Below are positions 1-15,226 of a stretch of DNA of 64,000 nucleotides, piece after piece. The notes under the pieces were generated by a model. That model made no database searches. It was not told the DNA's origin and was given only the letters and a program-made list of their open reading frames with translations. Position 1 is the first letter of the stretch, and each line of letters starts with the position of its first letter. The DNA comes from the human T2T-CHM13v2.0 reference genome, Homo sapiens. The stretch lies in the NCBI RefSeq assembly GCF_009914755.1, contig NC_060930.1, one strand, 5' to 3'. The position numbers were made by a program, and so were the translations under genes.

Positions 1-540
1 TTAAATCAGCTAATTTTGGAAGTTGCTGGAAGCTTGCAGGTTCAATTTACCTTGTATTCTCTTTTCTTCTTCAACATTTTCTGTGACTCTACAAATGATT
101 TACCAACAGAATAAAATGGCATGTTATTTGTCCCTATGTATTTATGTTAATTTCCTTTTTTTAAGTTTAAAGATTCATATTAAGTAAATTATATACGGGA
201 CTCAGATATTATGGTACAGTTCATGGTAGTAGCATAGCCATGATTATTCTAGACTTTAATGTGTCTCCATAATAGCTTACTCTAAAGCCAATAATTTTTC
301 ACATTTTTTCTAAGCATTTAAAAAATAAAATTGAGATGAGTTATCTAGTGAGACTTTTTCCAATTGATTCTGTCTAAAATGTATTTTAATATGTTTCTAA
401 ATTTAACAAGTGAAAGTTTTCATAATTAACCTGTATCTCAATTTTTATGTAGTTTAAAATTTATTTTTAATATCTGTTTACATTTAACAACTAAGAAAAC
501 AAGATTTTATACATTAATTGAGACCCTCAGCATAAAATCC

Positions 541-1134
541 AAACAGTTCTGCTGCAACCTGACATGAACTCCTAAAAATTTCCACTCTAGGCAAAATCAA
601 TAATAAAATTTTAGAGAGAATAAGGAAAAATGGGCTTCGGAGCATAACACCAAACAACTTTGTGATATATAAAAAAGAGGAAAAGAAAGTAATAAAAACT
701 TTAGCATAATTTTACATATTTGATTGTTTAAAAATACATAACTAATATAGTAAATATAACATTTTACTTGGTGAAAAATTGGAAGTGGGTATCTGAGGGA
801 TTACGGGTTACGAATTTTTGTGAAGTGATGGAGGAGGGTTATCTGAAATCAGATAGAAATTTCCAGCACCAGATATGGATGGGCGTGGCTCAAAATATGC
901 ACAATGAACTGAGGTAGCTAGTAGGTGTTTGAGGTGAGTACATGTGTGTTTCTTATGTGTTTCTATGCCTTGGATTCATCCAGGTACAGTTTTTTGGTTC
1001 ACAGTATTTCTTGCAGATAAAATCAAGCATAAGTAAACATGAAATTCAAGTTATGCTCAAATGGTTCCCTAATATATTAGTCACATTGGACCAAATTTGT
1101 TTTCAAAATAGGAATTAAGGCAAAACTGACTGTA
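541..1134 (-). mobile_element. Tigger13a-like TcMar DNA transposon (non-autonomous)
   Basis: Ends acagttctgc... and ...aactgactgta resemble the CAGTCAGTTCTGC terminal inverted repeat; interior matches the reverse complement of the remembered Tigger13a consensus (gggttatctgaaatc, gaactgaggtagct, ttatgctcaaatggttccctaatat). Confidence 0.8.
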
Positions 1135-1949
1135 ATATCTTTCTATTTGGAATTGAGAATTATAAAATGTGAAAGCTAATGAAAACCTCTGTCTTTTGTC
1201 TCATTTACCTATTTTTGCTTACTTTATGGTTCATTCTGCAATATGTCATATCTGCAAATATATTTTGATATTTCCAAATTTTATTGACACTCTAGTGATA
1301 TAACAGATCTGGGTTCAGAAACAAAGCACTTTTGATATCAGGATTTCTCTGACCTTGAACTTCCTGCCTTGCTCCTGAATACATTAACTTCACCTTATAC
1401 ACAGTTCTAGTAATTTGCCTTTCCCACATCTTGAACCACATATAAAACAATAATGACACTCAGAATCAGCACAGGTAAAAAACCCTCACATAGGTGATCC
1501 ACAATTGTCTAGTGGAGAAAAAGAAGGATAATGCCTTTGAGTGATATGAATGTGCATCCCCACTATATATGTAGGGAACAGAACGCTAAGATGATTTGAT
1601 GCACGTATCAAACACTGAAGATGTAACTTTTCTAAAAATGGTTCTGCGACTTAATTATATGTTATAGATGTAATTATATGTCATAGATAATTACAGTCTT
1701 ATAGATCAACTCTAGAAACAGTATGTCATCATTGTCGGTAAACAATGCATAAAAAAGCTAAATAATCTATGTGTATTTTACTAAGACTAAGATTTTTTAA
1801 AAGAATTAGAAGAAGACTAGAAGACTGGAAATAAGTATCATAAAAATTTAGCAATGATTCCTTTAAGTTGATTTATACAAGCTTAAATTTTTGGGAATTT
1901 TTCAAACTTTTTTTGTTTTTTTGTATCTTTATTTTTAATATTATTATGT

Positions 1950-2495
1950 TTAATTTTAGATTTCGGGGTACATATGCAGGTTTGTTACATGGATACATTG
2001 CATGATGCTGACGTTTGGGCTTCAGTTGAATCTGTCACCCAAATAGGTAGCTTTTCAACACGCAATAGGTAGACCCAATAAGTAGTTTTTCAGCCCTTTC
2101 TCTCCTCCCTTCCTCCCCGTTTTTGGAGTCCCTGTGTCTATTGTTCCTATCTTTGTGTTCATGTGTATCCAATGTTTAGCTTCCACTTATAAGTGGGAAC
2201 ATGCAGTATTTGATGTTCTGTTTCTGTATTAATTCACTTAGGCTAATGGCCTCCAGCTGCATCCACATTGCTGAAAAGGACATGATTTCCGTTTTTATGG
2301 CCGTGTAGTGTCCCATGGTGACCACATTTTCTTCATCCAATCCACCACTGATGGGCACCTAGGTGGATTCCATGTCTTTTCTATCGTGAATAGTGCTGCA
2401 ATAAACATGCAAGAGCAGGTGTCTTTTTGGTAAAATGATTTATTTTCCTGTGGGTATATACCCAGTAACGAGACTGCTGGGTCACATGTAATTCT
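1950..2495 (-). mobile_element. L1 3' end, L1PA15/16-like, 5'-truncated
   Basis: T-rich tail, then tacatatgcaggtttgttacatgg, ttagcttccacttataagtg; ORF 2176-2358 resembles the ORF2 C-terminus. Confidence 0.85.
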
Positions 2496-4299
2496 ATTTG
2501 CAGTTCCTTGTAATCTCTTGATTTTCTCCTAGTCCATTTATCTCTATCTTGTCTTGCTTAAAATTTAAAACAATGAAAATAATGAAAACATGAAATTGTT
2601 TGCTGTGTTTGCTGTGTACAGTTTTGTCCAAGCATTGTTTTGATTTACTGGCTCTCATCAGCACTCCATGTTGAGCGATCTGAAATTGAACTGTCTCCAT
2701 TTTCCTATAGAGTCAATTGGGTAAAAAATTAGGTTAGAACCCACAGCCACTTAGATGAGAATCAAAACAATGCCATTTTAAAGTGGTTCTTTCATAAAGC
2801 CACCAAGAAAACATCACGAGCAGATAATGTATTACATTGCATTGCATATGTTGCTATTACAATATCTGTAATGGTTGATGCCACTGCTTTGAGGATATGA
2901 ATTTTAAGATTGTTTTCATTTTAGAAATGTTTGCTATAGTACATAACCCTTTCAATGACATCCTCCTTTCTAGCAATAGTTTTCTCACTATTAGGCTGTA
3001 TAAACTCACACTAAGTTTATTTTAATACTCCTTAAAGTGTATGCTCAGATTTTGAGCTCTGAATCTTGAGACTTTATAAAACTGAATTTTATAAAGACAA
3101 TATTCTAATTGAACATTTTTTTCCATTTTAAACTTAATCTAACCTCGAAATATAAGTTCCTTCTTGAGACTAATATAACATTTTTAAAAAGAAAAGTTTA
3201 TTCAGTTATGCTCAATATCATTCCTACATACTTGTTGGAACTTTAAGAAGTTATGTAACAAAATCTTCATTTGAAAAACTATCGACTGAAACAAGACAGT
3301 ATCTCAGTTCTGCAAGGAGGAGCAAATCAGTGCATCCTCTTAGAAAAGTGCTATTGATTGTGCTTCATATTTCAACAATCACTTTTTAATTTTTCAGCTA
3401 ATATTTGATATCCAAAATTCCCCCTTTATTTTGAGATTATTCAGAACATCTAAGAATGATATGTCGTGAGACAGCCCATAATAAGATATGAGGAAAGGAC
3501 ATTTCTTCATGTTCTTTGAAACCCAAAAACTTTAAAAAAAAGGCTCACAATATTTTAGATACAGTGAGATTTCACAGAAGAAAAATAATCTTTTTACAAG
3601 CTTTCCTGTTCTGTAAAAGCTCTGTGAGATGAAGCAAGAAACTGATGAAGCACCTAAGAAATAAGGGATGATTTATCTTTGTGATTTCTCTCGGTGATTA
3701 TGATGAATGCTAATAAGACTGCAGAATGCAAATGAGATCATGTAAAACAACTTAGATTTTATTAAAGGGAGGAATAAAGAAGACACTCAATGAATCACAT
3801 AATGCATATAGACCATCTGGCATCTGGACTATCTTTTTATCTTTCAGATTAAGAACTAGAACTACAAAAGGAATTCTAAGTATGCCCCCACAAATTTAAA
3901 GAAGGAAAAATAAGTAGGTCTCTAACGAAACATTCCCTGTAAGGAAGAAAAAAATAAACTTTGAAAAATGTAAAAGAAAGAAGAAACACTGGACAAAACT
4001 AATTAAAATGCAATAAATTAAGTCAAGTTATATTAACTTGTTTGAATTTCTAGTTACTTTGCCCATTTTCCTTGAAAAAGCCATCTGCAGTGACTATTAC
4101 TACGCTACACTTTACAACAAAATTGGTTAAGGGACTAGGAGGCTGAAATCATTTGTGGAGGGCAGGTATACCAGTTCACCTTACTGTTTGGTAATCTCAG
4201 AAGGCTGAATGCTTCAGTTTTAACCCACTTTCCCAGCTAATAGCTCACGAACAGTTTTCCCCTGGGGAAAAATTAACACTTTCTTTTTTTTCTTTTTTA

Positions 4300-4564
4300 A
4301 ATACCGTAGTTTTATTATGCCATTTATATGTTTAGATATACAAATGCTTATCATTGTGTTACAATTTCCTACAGTATTCAGTGTAGCAGTATGCTGAATA
4401 AATTTGTAGCCTAAGGACAATAGGCTACAACATTTAGCCTAGGTGCATAGTAGGCTAAACCATCTAGGTTTGTGTAAGTGCATTCTATGTCATTCACATG
4501 ACAAAATTGCCTAATGACACATTTCTCAGAACAGATCTTGGTTGTTAAGTGACACATGACTGTA
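4300..4564 (+). mobile_element. Tigger3/Tigger3b 3' portion
   Basis: taggctaaaccatctaggtttgtgtaagt ... ttaagtgacacatgactgta (terminal repeat plus TA). Confidence 0.85.
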
Positions 4565-4660
4565 CACATTTTGAAAAATAGAAAAATCACTCATTCCAAC
4601 AAGATGAATGTATGCCAAAATTGTAATACAAATTCCATTATTCATTGGATTTGCATTGTA

Positions 4661-5126
4661 TTTTTTTAATTATACTTTAAGTTCTAGGGTACATGTGCAC
4701 AACGTGCAGGTTTGTTACATATGTATACATGTGCCATGTTGGTGGGCTGCACCCATTAACTCGTCAATGTTATCCCTCCCCCCTTTCCCCACCCCACGAC
4801 AGGTCTCGGTGTGTGATGTTCCCCACCCTGTGTCCAAGTGTTCTCATTGTTCAATTCCCACCTATGAGTGAGAACATGTGGTGTTTGGTTTTCTGTCCTT
4901 GTGACAGTTTGCTCAGAATGATGGCTTCCAGCTTCATCCATGTCCCTACAAAGGACATGAACTCATCCTTTTTTATGGCTGCATAGTATTCCATAGCGTA
5001 TATGTGCCACATTTTCTTAATCCAGTCTATCATTGATGGACATTTGGGTTGGTTCCAAGTCTTTGCTATTGTGAATAGTGCCTCAATAAACATACATGTG
5101 CATGTGTCTTTATAGCAGCATGATTT
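4661..5126 (-). mobile_element. L1PA4-6-like 3' end, 5'-truncated
   Basis: ttatactttaagttctagggtacatgtgcacaacgtgcagg; ORF 4851-5138 is the ORF2 C-terminus (KTWNQPKCPSMIDWIKKMW). Confidence 0.9.
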
Positions 5127-5519
5127 GGGGAAAATCATCTTGTGATGCAGTGATTAAGATATTGGAAACTATCACATTTAAATAAGTTTGTTTGTTGGTC
5201 TGTTCTCCACTGTTTTGCTGAAATAGTGTTAACAGCACTTCTTGATAGAGGCTCTGGTATGTGAATTCCACCTGCATTTAAATCAGCACGTGTGTTTTTC
5301 TTTGTCATTAAATTTTTAATATAAGAGGTCTCTATTAGTAATGTGTTAGTTTATTATAAGATCCAGTTATATGATTGCTCAAATTGCACACTACCCACCC
5401 GTCTTTTAAACCCTATCAACTATAATGATACGTACAAAAACAATGTGCAATAGTAATTATTAAGGATATATTAGATGTTTCTTGATTTTTTCTATTAAAA
5501 ATGTGTTTATGGACTAGAT

Positions 5520-5715
5520 AATTTAAGACTTTGGCTTTGGAGCTAGACTGCCAGGTGTTAAAGGTTCGTTTTCTGAGCAAATCACTTCACCTCTGTGTGC
5601 CTTAATTTCTCATTGGCAAATTGGGTTGGTATGATAATTAAATAGTTTGATTCATGTTAAGTGCTTAGAACAATGTTTGATACTATTTCAGCCCTCAACA
5701 AATACTAGTTATCAT
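5520..5715 (+). mobile_element. MIR SINE
   Basis: ggctttggagctagactgcc, tcacttcacctctgtgtgccttaatttctcat, aagtgcttagaaca. Confidence 0.65.
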
Positions 5716-5859
5716 GAACTTGACTTATCAGATAGTTTTAAAAAGCACTACTTTGAATGGAAAAGATCTGTTACATATTAACTGCATGTAACTCATTCTA
5801 TGAACATTGATTTTTTTCATGTGATTCAGTCAACGTCTTTAGTATAAAAAAATTACCAA

Positions 5860-7170
5860 GAAAAAAGCCATATACCTACAGCCAACTGATCTTTGACAAA
5901 GTTAAGAAAAAAATACACTGAGGAAAGGACACCCTATACAATAAATGGTGCTGGGAAAATTTGATAGCCCCATGCAGAGGAATGAAACTGGACCTGTATC
6001 ACTCACCATACACAAAAATTAACTCAAAATGGAGTAAAGACTTAAACATAAGGCCTGAAGATATAAAAATTCTAGAAGAAAACCTAAGAAAAACTCTTTT
6101 GGACATTGGCCCAGGCAAAGAATTCATAACCAAGATCTCAAAAGCAAATATAACAAAAACAAAAATAAACAAATGGGCTTTTTAAACTAAAAAGCTTCTG
6201 CACAGTGAAAGAAATAATCAACAGAGTGAACAGAGAGCCTACAGCATAGGAGAAAATAATTGCAAACTACATATCCAGCAAAAGGCTAATATCCAGAATC
6301 TTCAAGGAACTTGAACTTCTCAACAGGAAAAAGCCAATAACCCCTTAAAAGTTGGGCAAAGGACATGAACAGTCAATTGTCAAAGGAAAATACATAAGAA
6401 GCCAACAAACACATGAAAAAAAATGTTCCACATCACTTATCATCAGAGAAATGTAACTTAAAACCACAAAGAAGTACCATTTTACACTAGTGAGAATGGC
6501 TATTAATAAAGTGTAAAAAAAAAATGTTGGCGAGGATGCAAAGAAAGCAGAATGTACACCATTGCTGGGAATGTACATTAATATAATCTCTATTAAAAAC
6601 AGTATGGAAATTTCTCAAAGAACTAAAAACAGAACTACCATTCAATCCAGCAATCCCACTAATGAATATATACCCAAGGGAAAAGAAATCATTATATCCA
6701 AAAGATATCTGCACTCATATATTTATTGCAGCAGTATTAAAGATAGAAAATACATGGAATCAACCTAAGTGTTCATCAATGAATGATTAAAAAAAGGAAA
6801 CGTAATAGACACAAAGACACACACATGCACACACACACACCCCATGGAATACTACTCAGCCATAAAAATATGAAATCATGTCTTCTGCAGCAACATGAAT
6901 GGAACTGAAGGCCATTATCTTTAGTCAGATAACTTAGAAACAGAAAGTCAAATACCAGGTATTCTTACCTATAAATTGGAGCTAAATAATGTGTACATAT
7001 GGACATAGAGAGTGGAATAACAGACATCAGAGACTCAGAAACATGGGAGGTTGATTAGGGATAAGAAATTAATGAGTTCAATGTTATATTAAAAGCTCAG
7101 ACATCACAACTATGTCATATATCCATGTAACAAAACTGTGGTTATAGCTTCTAAATCTATAAAGCTAATA
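5860..7170 (+). mobile_element. L1PB/L1MA-type ORF2 end and 3'UTR
   Basis: cagccaactgatctttgacaaag ... atccatgtaacaaaactg; ORF 5961-6185 is ORF2-like. Confidence 0.85.
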
Positions 7171-7487
7171 TAAAATTGTAATAGAATAATATGAAAAGTT
7201 AATGGTTTACCCTGGATTATATTCAGTACATTTTTCTTCATTAGAAGTACAAATGCTTGCATCCCAATTAGATTTAAATATTTTACCTGATTTACTAATC
7301 TAATAGAATCAAATTAATTTAATAAAAGGTGTATGCCACATTTTTAACATTGACATGATAATAGCAAACCATGATTGAGTCTATTTTCCATTTTTGACAA
7401 ATTATATTATTGCCTCTTATTTCTCTCAATATTAATGAGCCATATGCATCACAAACATAAAGTAAAACTAAAATTTAAAAACTGTTT

Positions 7488-7594
7488 GCACTCACTTCAG
7501 CAGCACATATACTAAAATTGGAAGGATACAGACAAGATTAGCATGTTCCCTGTGCAAGCATGACATGTAAATTTGTGAAGCATTCCCTATTTTT
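7488..7594 (+). pseudogene. RNU6: Full-length U6 snRNA retropseudogene (5' part of a U6/L1 chimera)
   Basis: 107 nt colinear with U6: gcactcacttcagcagcacatatactaaaattggaaggatacagacaagattagcatg...gtgaagcattccctattttt; CpG-decayed, ACAGAGA box mutated to ACAGACA. Confidence 0.95.
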
Positions 7595-8898
7595 AATATA
7601 AAAGTAAAAAACCCATCCAAAGGTTAGCAACTTCAAGGTTTAAAGGAACATCAGCCCGTACAGATGAGAAAGAACCAGTAAAAGAACTCTGGCAACTCAA
7701 AAAGCCAGAGTGTCTTTTTACCTCCAAATGGCCACACTAGTTCTCCAGCAATAGTCTTTAACTGAAATGGCTGAAATGACAGACATAAAATTCAGAATCC
7801 GGATAGAAATGAAGATCATCATGATTCAGCAGAAAGCCAAAACCTAATGCAGGGAATCTAAGGAATCCAGTAAAAAAATACAGGGGCTGAAAGATGAAAT
7901 AGCCATTTCAAGAAAGAACCGAACTGATTTGATAAAGTTGGCAAACTCACCAAAAGAATTTCATAATACAACTGTAAGTATTAACAGCAGAATAGACCAA
8001 GCTGAGGAAAGAACTTCAGAGCTTGAATACCAATTCTTCAAATTATTTCAGTCAGACAAAAACCAAGAAAAAAAAATGAATAGAACCTCCAAGAAATATG
8101 AGATTATATAAAGAGACCAAATATACAACTCATTGGCATCCCTGAGAGACAGAAAAAGCGGGAAACTTGGAAAATATATTTGAGGATATTGTTCATGAAA
8201 ATTTCCCTGACCTTGCTATAAAGGCCAACATTTAAATTCAGAAAATGCAGAGAGCCATTGCAAGATAACATACAAGATGAGCATCTTCAAGACACATACT
8301 CATCAGACTTTTCAAGGTTAACATGAAAGAAGATCTCTACAAGAATTACATAATACTCCTCAAGGAAATCAGAGACAACACAAACAGATGGAAAAACATC
8401 CCATGTTCAGGAATAAGAAGAATCAATATTGTTAAAATGACCATGCTTTCCAAAGCAATTTACAGATTCAATGCTATTCCTATCAAACTACTGATGACAT
8501 TTTCCGCAGAATTAGAAAAAATTATTCTAAAATTCTGCGGAACCAAAAAAGAGCCTGAAGAGCCAAGGCAATTATAAGCAAAATGAACAATGCTGGAAGC
8601 ATCATATAACCCAACTTTAGACTATATCACAAGATTACAGTAACCAAAATGGTATGATACTGTACAATAACAAACACATAGACCAATGGAACAGAATAGA
8701 GAGCCCAGTAAGTGTAAGCCCATATACTTACAACCATGTGTTATTTAACAAATTCAACAACAACAAGCAATGGAGAAAGTACTCCCTATTCAATAAATGA
8801 CACTGGGATAACTGGCTAACCATATGCAGAAGACAAACTGAATCCATTCCTTAAACCATATACAAATCAACTCAAGATGGATTAAAGACTTAAATGTA

Positions 8899-9197
<299 letters not shown>

Positions 9198-9828
9198 AAG
9201 ACTTAAATATAAAACTTAAGACTATAAAAACTCTGGAAGAAAGCCTAGGAAATATCATTTTGGGCATAAGAATAAGCAAAGATCTTATGACAAAGATGCC
9301 TAAAGTAATTTAACAAAAACAAAACTTGACAAATGGAACCTAATTAAACTAGAGACCTTCTGCACAGCAAAAGAAATCATCAGCAGGATAAAGAGATAAC
9401 TCACAGAATGGGAGAAAATATTTGCAAACTATGCATCTGAGAAAAGTCTGACATCTAGAATCTATAAGGAACTTAATTTTACGAGCAAAAAAAGAAACAA
9501 CCCCACTAAAAAGGACATGAACACACTATTCAAAAGAAGATATACACAGGACCAACAAGCATATGAAAAAATCCTCAACATCACTAATCATTTGAGAAAT
9601 GCAAATCAAAATGGCAAGAAGATACCATCTCACACCAGTCAAAAAATAACAGGTGCTGGTGGGGTTGCGGAGGAAAGGGAATGCTTAAACACCACTAGTG
9701 GGAAGATAAATTAGTTCAGCCATTGTGGAAAGCAATTTGGTCATCTCTCAAAGAACTTAAAACAGAATTACCATTCAACCCAGCAATCTCATCTTTGGGT
9801 GTATATACTCAAAAGGATATAAACCATT

Positions 9829-10193
9829 TGATATGGTTTGGTTCTGTGTCCCCACCCAAATCTCATCTTGTAGCTCTCATTTCCCACATGTTGTGGGAGG
9901 GACCCAGTGTGACATAATTGAATCTTGGGAATGGGTCTTTCCCATGCGTTCTCATGATAATGAATAAGTTTCATGAGATCTGATGGTTTTAAAAATGGGA
10001 GTTTCCCTGCACAAGCTGTCTTTCTTTGCCTACTGCCATCCATGTAAGATGTGACTTGCTCCTTCTTGCCTTCCACCATGATTGTGAGGCCTCCCCAGGC
10101 ATGTGGAACTATAAGTCAAATAAACCTCTTTCTTTTGTAAACTGCCCAGTCTTGGGTATGTCTTCATCAGCAGTGTGAAAACAGACTAATACA
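9829..10193 (+). mobile_element. THE1B-like solo LTR (MaLR)
   Basis: tgatatggtttgg ... gactaataca; perfect 5-bp TSD ccatt (9824-9828 and 10194-10198). Confidence 0.93.
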
Positions 10194-10769
10194 CCATTCT
10201 ACCATAAAGAAACATGGACTTGTATGTTCATCACAGCACTATTAACAATAGCAAATACATGGAATTAACCTAAATGTCCATCAACAGTAGACTGGATAAA
10301 GAAAATGTGGTACATGTACACCATGGAATACCACACATCCATAAAAAAGAATGAGATTATGTGTTTTACAGCAACATGGATGGAGCTAGAGGACATTATC
10401 CTAAGTGAACTAATGCAGGAATAGAAAATCAAGTGCCACATGTTCCCATTTATAAGTGGGAGCTAAACGTTGAGTAGAGATAGACACAAAGAAGGGAACA
10501 GTAGACATCAGAGCCAATCTGAGGTGGGAGGGTGAAAGGAGACTGAGATCAAAAAACTACCTGTTGGGTACTATGCTTATTATGTGAATGACAAAATATT
10601 CTGTAGCCAAACCTCCACAACTCGCAGTTTACCTAAATAACAAACATGCATATGTACCCTTTAAACTAAGCAGTATCTTAAGAGAATAAAAATGAAGATA
10701 AAAAAGTGTTGCCTTCCTGAAAAGCAAGGAATTTTCCTTTTAATTTACATATGAGTTGAAGGAAAATTA

Positions 10770-11660
10770 GTCTTAAATTGGACTGTTTAGAAATGAGAAG
10801 TAAAAATCTGAAGTAGGAGGATAATAAAGAGATGAGACAAGTTTGAGGCACATTTGAGACATAAATAGGTGTCCTCAGGAAGCGACTGAAAATGATGAAT
10901 TACAGTGAGAGAGGTAATAGAGAGTAGTAGTTAAAATCATAGCCTTGGCTGTCAAATGAAATGATGATACAATTTCAGCTTTGCCACCTGATAACAATAA
11001 CACTATAGGCAATTGGTTTAACCTCACTTACCCTCATTTTCTTTTATTGTTACATGGAGTGTTTGGGATGATTAAATAAGATAATGTTCCCAAATCATTT
11101 AATGATCCCTGGATTACAGTGAACATTCAATAATAGGTAGATATTACATTTCTGACAGTGATGCTGATGGTGATGGTAGTTGTCGTGGCAATTAGAAAAC
11201 AACTGAAAGCTTTCAGTTTAGGGCACTTTGTGATAAAAGGCGATAAAAGTAATCTGGAATTTTGGATATATGATAACTTTAATGTCTGTAGGATATCTGG
11301 ATTAACCTAGAAGAGATTATCCTAAGTGATAAAAATTCTGGATCACCACTGAGCAGGTAATATCTGGCGTTATTAGCCAAGACAAGTGTGTTAAATGAGA
11401 CAAAAATAAATGACCAGGAAACACTGACATTGATTGCATTTAAAGAGAGAAAAGAACTCTCACGGAGTCAGAAAAAAGATAGAAGATAATGTTATCAAAG
11501 AAGCCAAGGCAAAATAATTTCTTGATTAAAAGATTAAACTGCAATAGTGAAGACATCTCAAGAGAGTGAAGACCGAGAGGAAATCATTGGATGTGGCAGT
11601 CAAGACATCCATTAATTATCATGACAGCCTGTTTTTTTTTCTTTTGAGTGGGGATGAATA
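10770..11660 (-). mobile_element. L2 fragments
   Basis: Purine-rich L2-like motifs (gaagccaaggcaaa, cattggatgtggca); highly diverged. Confidence 0.5.
10920..11150 (+). mobile_element. MIR SINE
   Basis: cagctttgccac, tttaacctcacttaccctcattttc, gattaaataagataatg. Confidence 0.65.
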
Positions 11661-12993
11661 AAGATAAGTTAATTTTGTTGATGCCTGGATAAAATATTTT
11701 AAAAGATGGCAAAAATAGACTAATCTTCAAAACAATCTTCATGTTAGCCCTATTTTGTATGTGAGAAAAACAGAAGCAGAGAAAAAATACTCACTTGTGA
11801 TCACAGTTCATAAGCAGCGGAATCAGTATTAAAATTTTGCTTTTTTTAGAGCAGTTAAAAATCACAGCTCTCATTAATACAGTCTATTTGCAATTAATTT
11901 CAATGAGATTAATTTGTCCACATATAATGAAAAACTAATTTCTCTTGGCTTATAGACAATGTTCTAATCTATTGGGTTAGACATTAACTTTAGTAGGAAG
12001 TGATTGATTTTCAAGGGGAGAAATTATTCTAAAATTCTGGCAAAATTTCATTTAGCCATAGGTAAACAATTAGATCAGGATATTGTTTTACCATGGGTGC
12101 CACTTCAAAGGAAGAAAAATTTTTTAAACAGGGAACCTAGTATCATTGGCCAAAGAAAACTGTTTCTATAATTCTTGACACTATGTCAGCTCTGAATCTG
12201 CACCTTGACATGCCTAGTACAGTCCAATTAAATGGCACCTGTTCTTTTGGGGTTTCTAAAAAAGCAATTATTCTTAGATTTTTGTTTATTCCCACCCTTC
12301 CTCTAATCCTGAAAGTAGTTGTTCATCCAACCACAGTAATGATGATGATAGGATAATTTCATCAAATTGATTCTAGAGACTATATGATTAAATCTCACAG
12401 ACGGTTTGGAGGGGTCATTCATTGGCTAAACTGTTTTAGAATTTCTCTAATTCATCAGGCCTGTCCCAGACCAGTTATTAACCTCCAAAGCACAGAAATG
12501 CCAGAATCTGACTTCCACCTAAGGCTCTTTCATTCTCCAAGACTGTAACTAAATATGTGGTACATGGTATTTTTTGTGCTGAAGAGAAATGAGGGAAGAT
12601 AATAGGATGGAGATGAGGACCTTCAATTTTCCCAAAAAGTTTTATAGGTAAAAGTGAAAAACAACAAAAAAATAAAATTAAGCTTTATAGGGGACATTTT
12701 AGAAAACAACACATACTATTGTCTTTGAGGAACTTGGGCCTTTTGCATGTTTAAAGGGACAAGAAGACCCCAGGCTTAATACTTCCATGTCTAAGAGAGT
12801 ATTTTATTAGTCAATTAATAGTTTGTGTCTGATATTTAAAAATAAGCATTAATTTTAACTTACATATAGAATGGCACAACACACAAACTTTTTTTGTATA
12901 TTCACTATCTTATTAGAGCCTGCCAACAATTTAACAAAAAATCAAACCCCTTACAAAAACAACAGTTCTGGATAAATTAACAGGCTTGTTTTC

Positions 12994-13579
12994 TTTTGTT
13001 GTTGTTGTTTACTACTTTATTGGGATAATTTAATAAGTACATAGGACAGTAAGAAAATTGTACAGTCCAAATACAAATATTTGTACTCCTAAATGAACAT
13101 TTTACCGATACATGTAAGATGTGCAAAAACATAGAGAATCTCACAAACATAACTATGAGCAAAAGAAGCTAGAAACAAAGGATTACATATTGTTTGAATT
13201 AATTTATGACTCTTAATGACAGGCAAAACTTATTTATGCTAATATATACGTTACAGTAGATATACAGTAAGAAAATTGCACAGTTCAAATACACATATTT
13301 GTACTCCTAAATAAACACTACCTAGGTTAGGATACAAAACATTCCTATTACCTAAGAATTGTCCCTTATGCCCCTCTATGCCAATAACTCCCCCAGTTAC
13401 CACTCTTATATTAGCATAAATAAGTTTTGCCTGTCATTAAGATTCATAAATTAATTCAAGCAATATGTAATATTTTGTGTCTAGCTTCTTTTGCTCATAA
13501 TTATGTTTGTGAGATTCTCTATGTTTTTGCATGTTTTACATCTATCAGTCAAATGTCTTTTCTTACTGTTGCATACCAC
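12994..13579 (-). mobile_element. Old L1M (MC/ME-like) 3' end, rearranged, apparently carried as a 3' transduction
   Basis: Degenerate T tail, tttattg (AATAAA on minus strand) and L1M 3'UTR motifs (ctagcttcttttgctca, tgtttgtgagattc); lies inside the TSD of the adjacent L1PA. Confidence 0.7.
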
Positions 13580-14663
<1,084 letters not shown>

Positions 14664-14930
14664 AACAGGCTTGTTTCCAAAGAAATAATTCACTCTTTGT
14701 TTATCCCACATACACAGTTCAGTGTCAACACTTTATGCCAGGCAGTATCCTGGAAAGCAAAGATTCAATAGTGAACAAAATATACAAACTTCCTAATATA
14801 ATAGAATTTATAATACAGTTTGCATACTGGGAAAGAGAAGAAAAAAATGCAACTACTAGAAAATCAGATAGAGATAGAGAGAAAGGGAAAAAATGTAAGT
14901 AATAGGAATTCAGATTTTAGGTGAAAAATA

Positions 14931-15226
14931 GGTGAGGTGCGGTGGCTCACACCTGTAATCCCAGCACTTTGGGAGGCCGAGGCAGGTGGATCACTTGAGG
15001 CCAGGAGTTCAAGACCAGCCTGGCCAACATGGTGAAACCTTGTCTCTAGTAAAAATCCAAAAATTAGCTGGGTGTGGTGGCGGGTGCCTGTAATCTCAGC
15101 TACTTGGGAGGCTGAGGCACAAGAATCACTTGAACTTGGGAGGCAGAAGTTGCAATGAGCTGAGATTGCACCACTTCACTTCAGCCTGGGTGACAGAGCA
15201 AGGCTCTGTCTCAAAAAATAATAAAA
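14931..15226 (+). mobile_element. AluS (Sz-like)
   Basis: Dimeric Alu; degenerate TSD cagattttaggtgaaaaata / cagatgctaggggaaaaata. Confidence 0.93.

Noticed and set aside
7488-7594. Functional U6 gene
   Set aside because: ACAGAGA box mutated, CpG decay, no recognisable upstream PSE/TATA, and direct fusion to L1.
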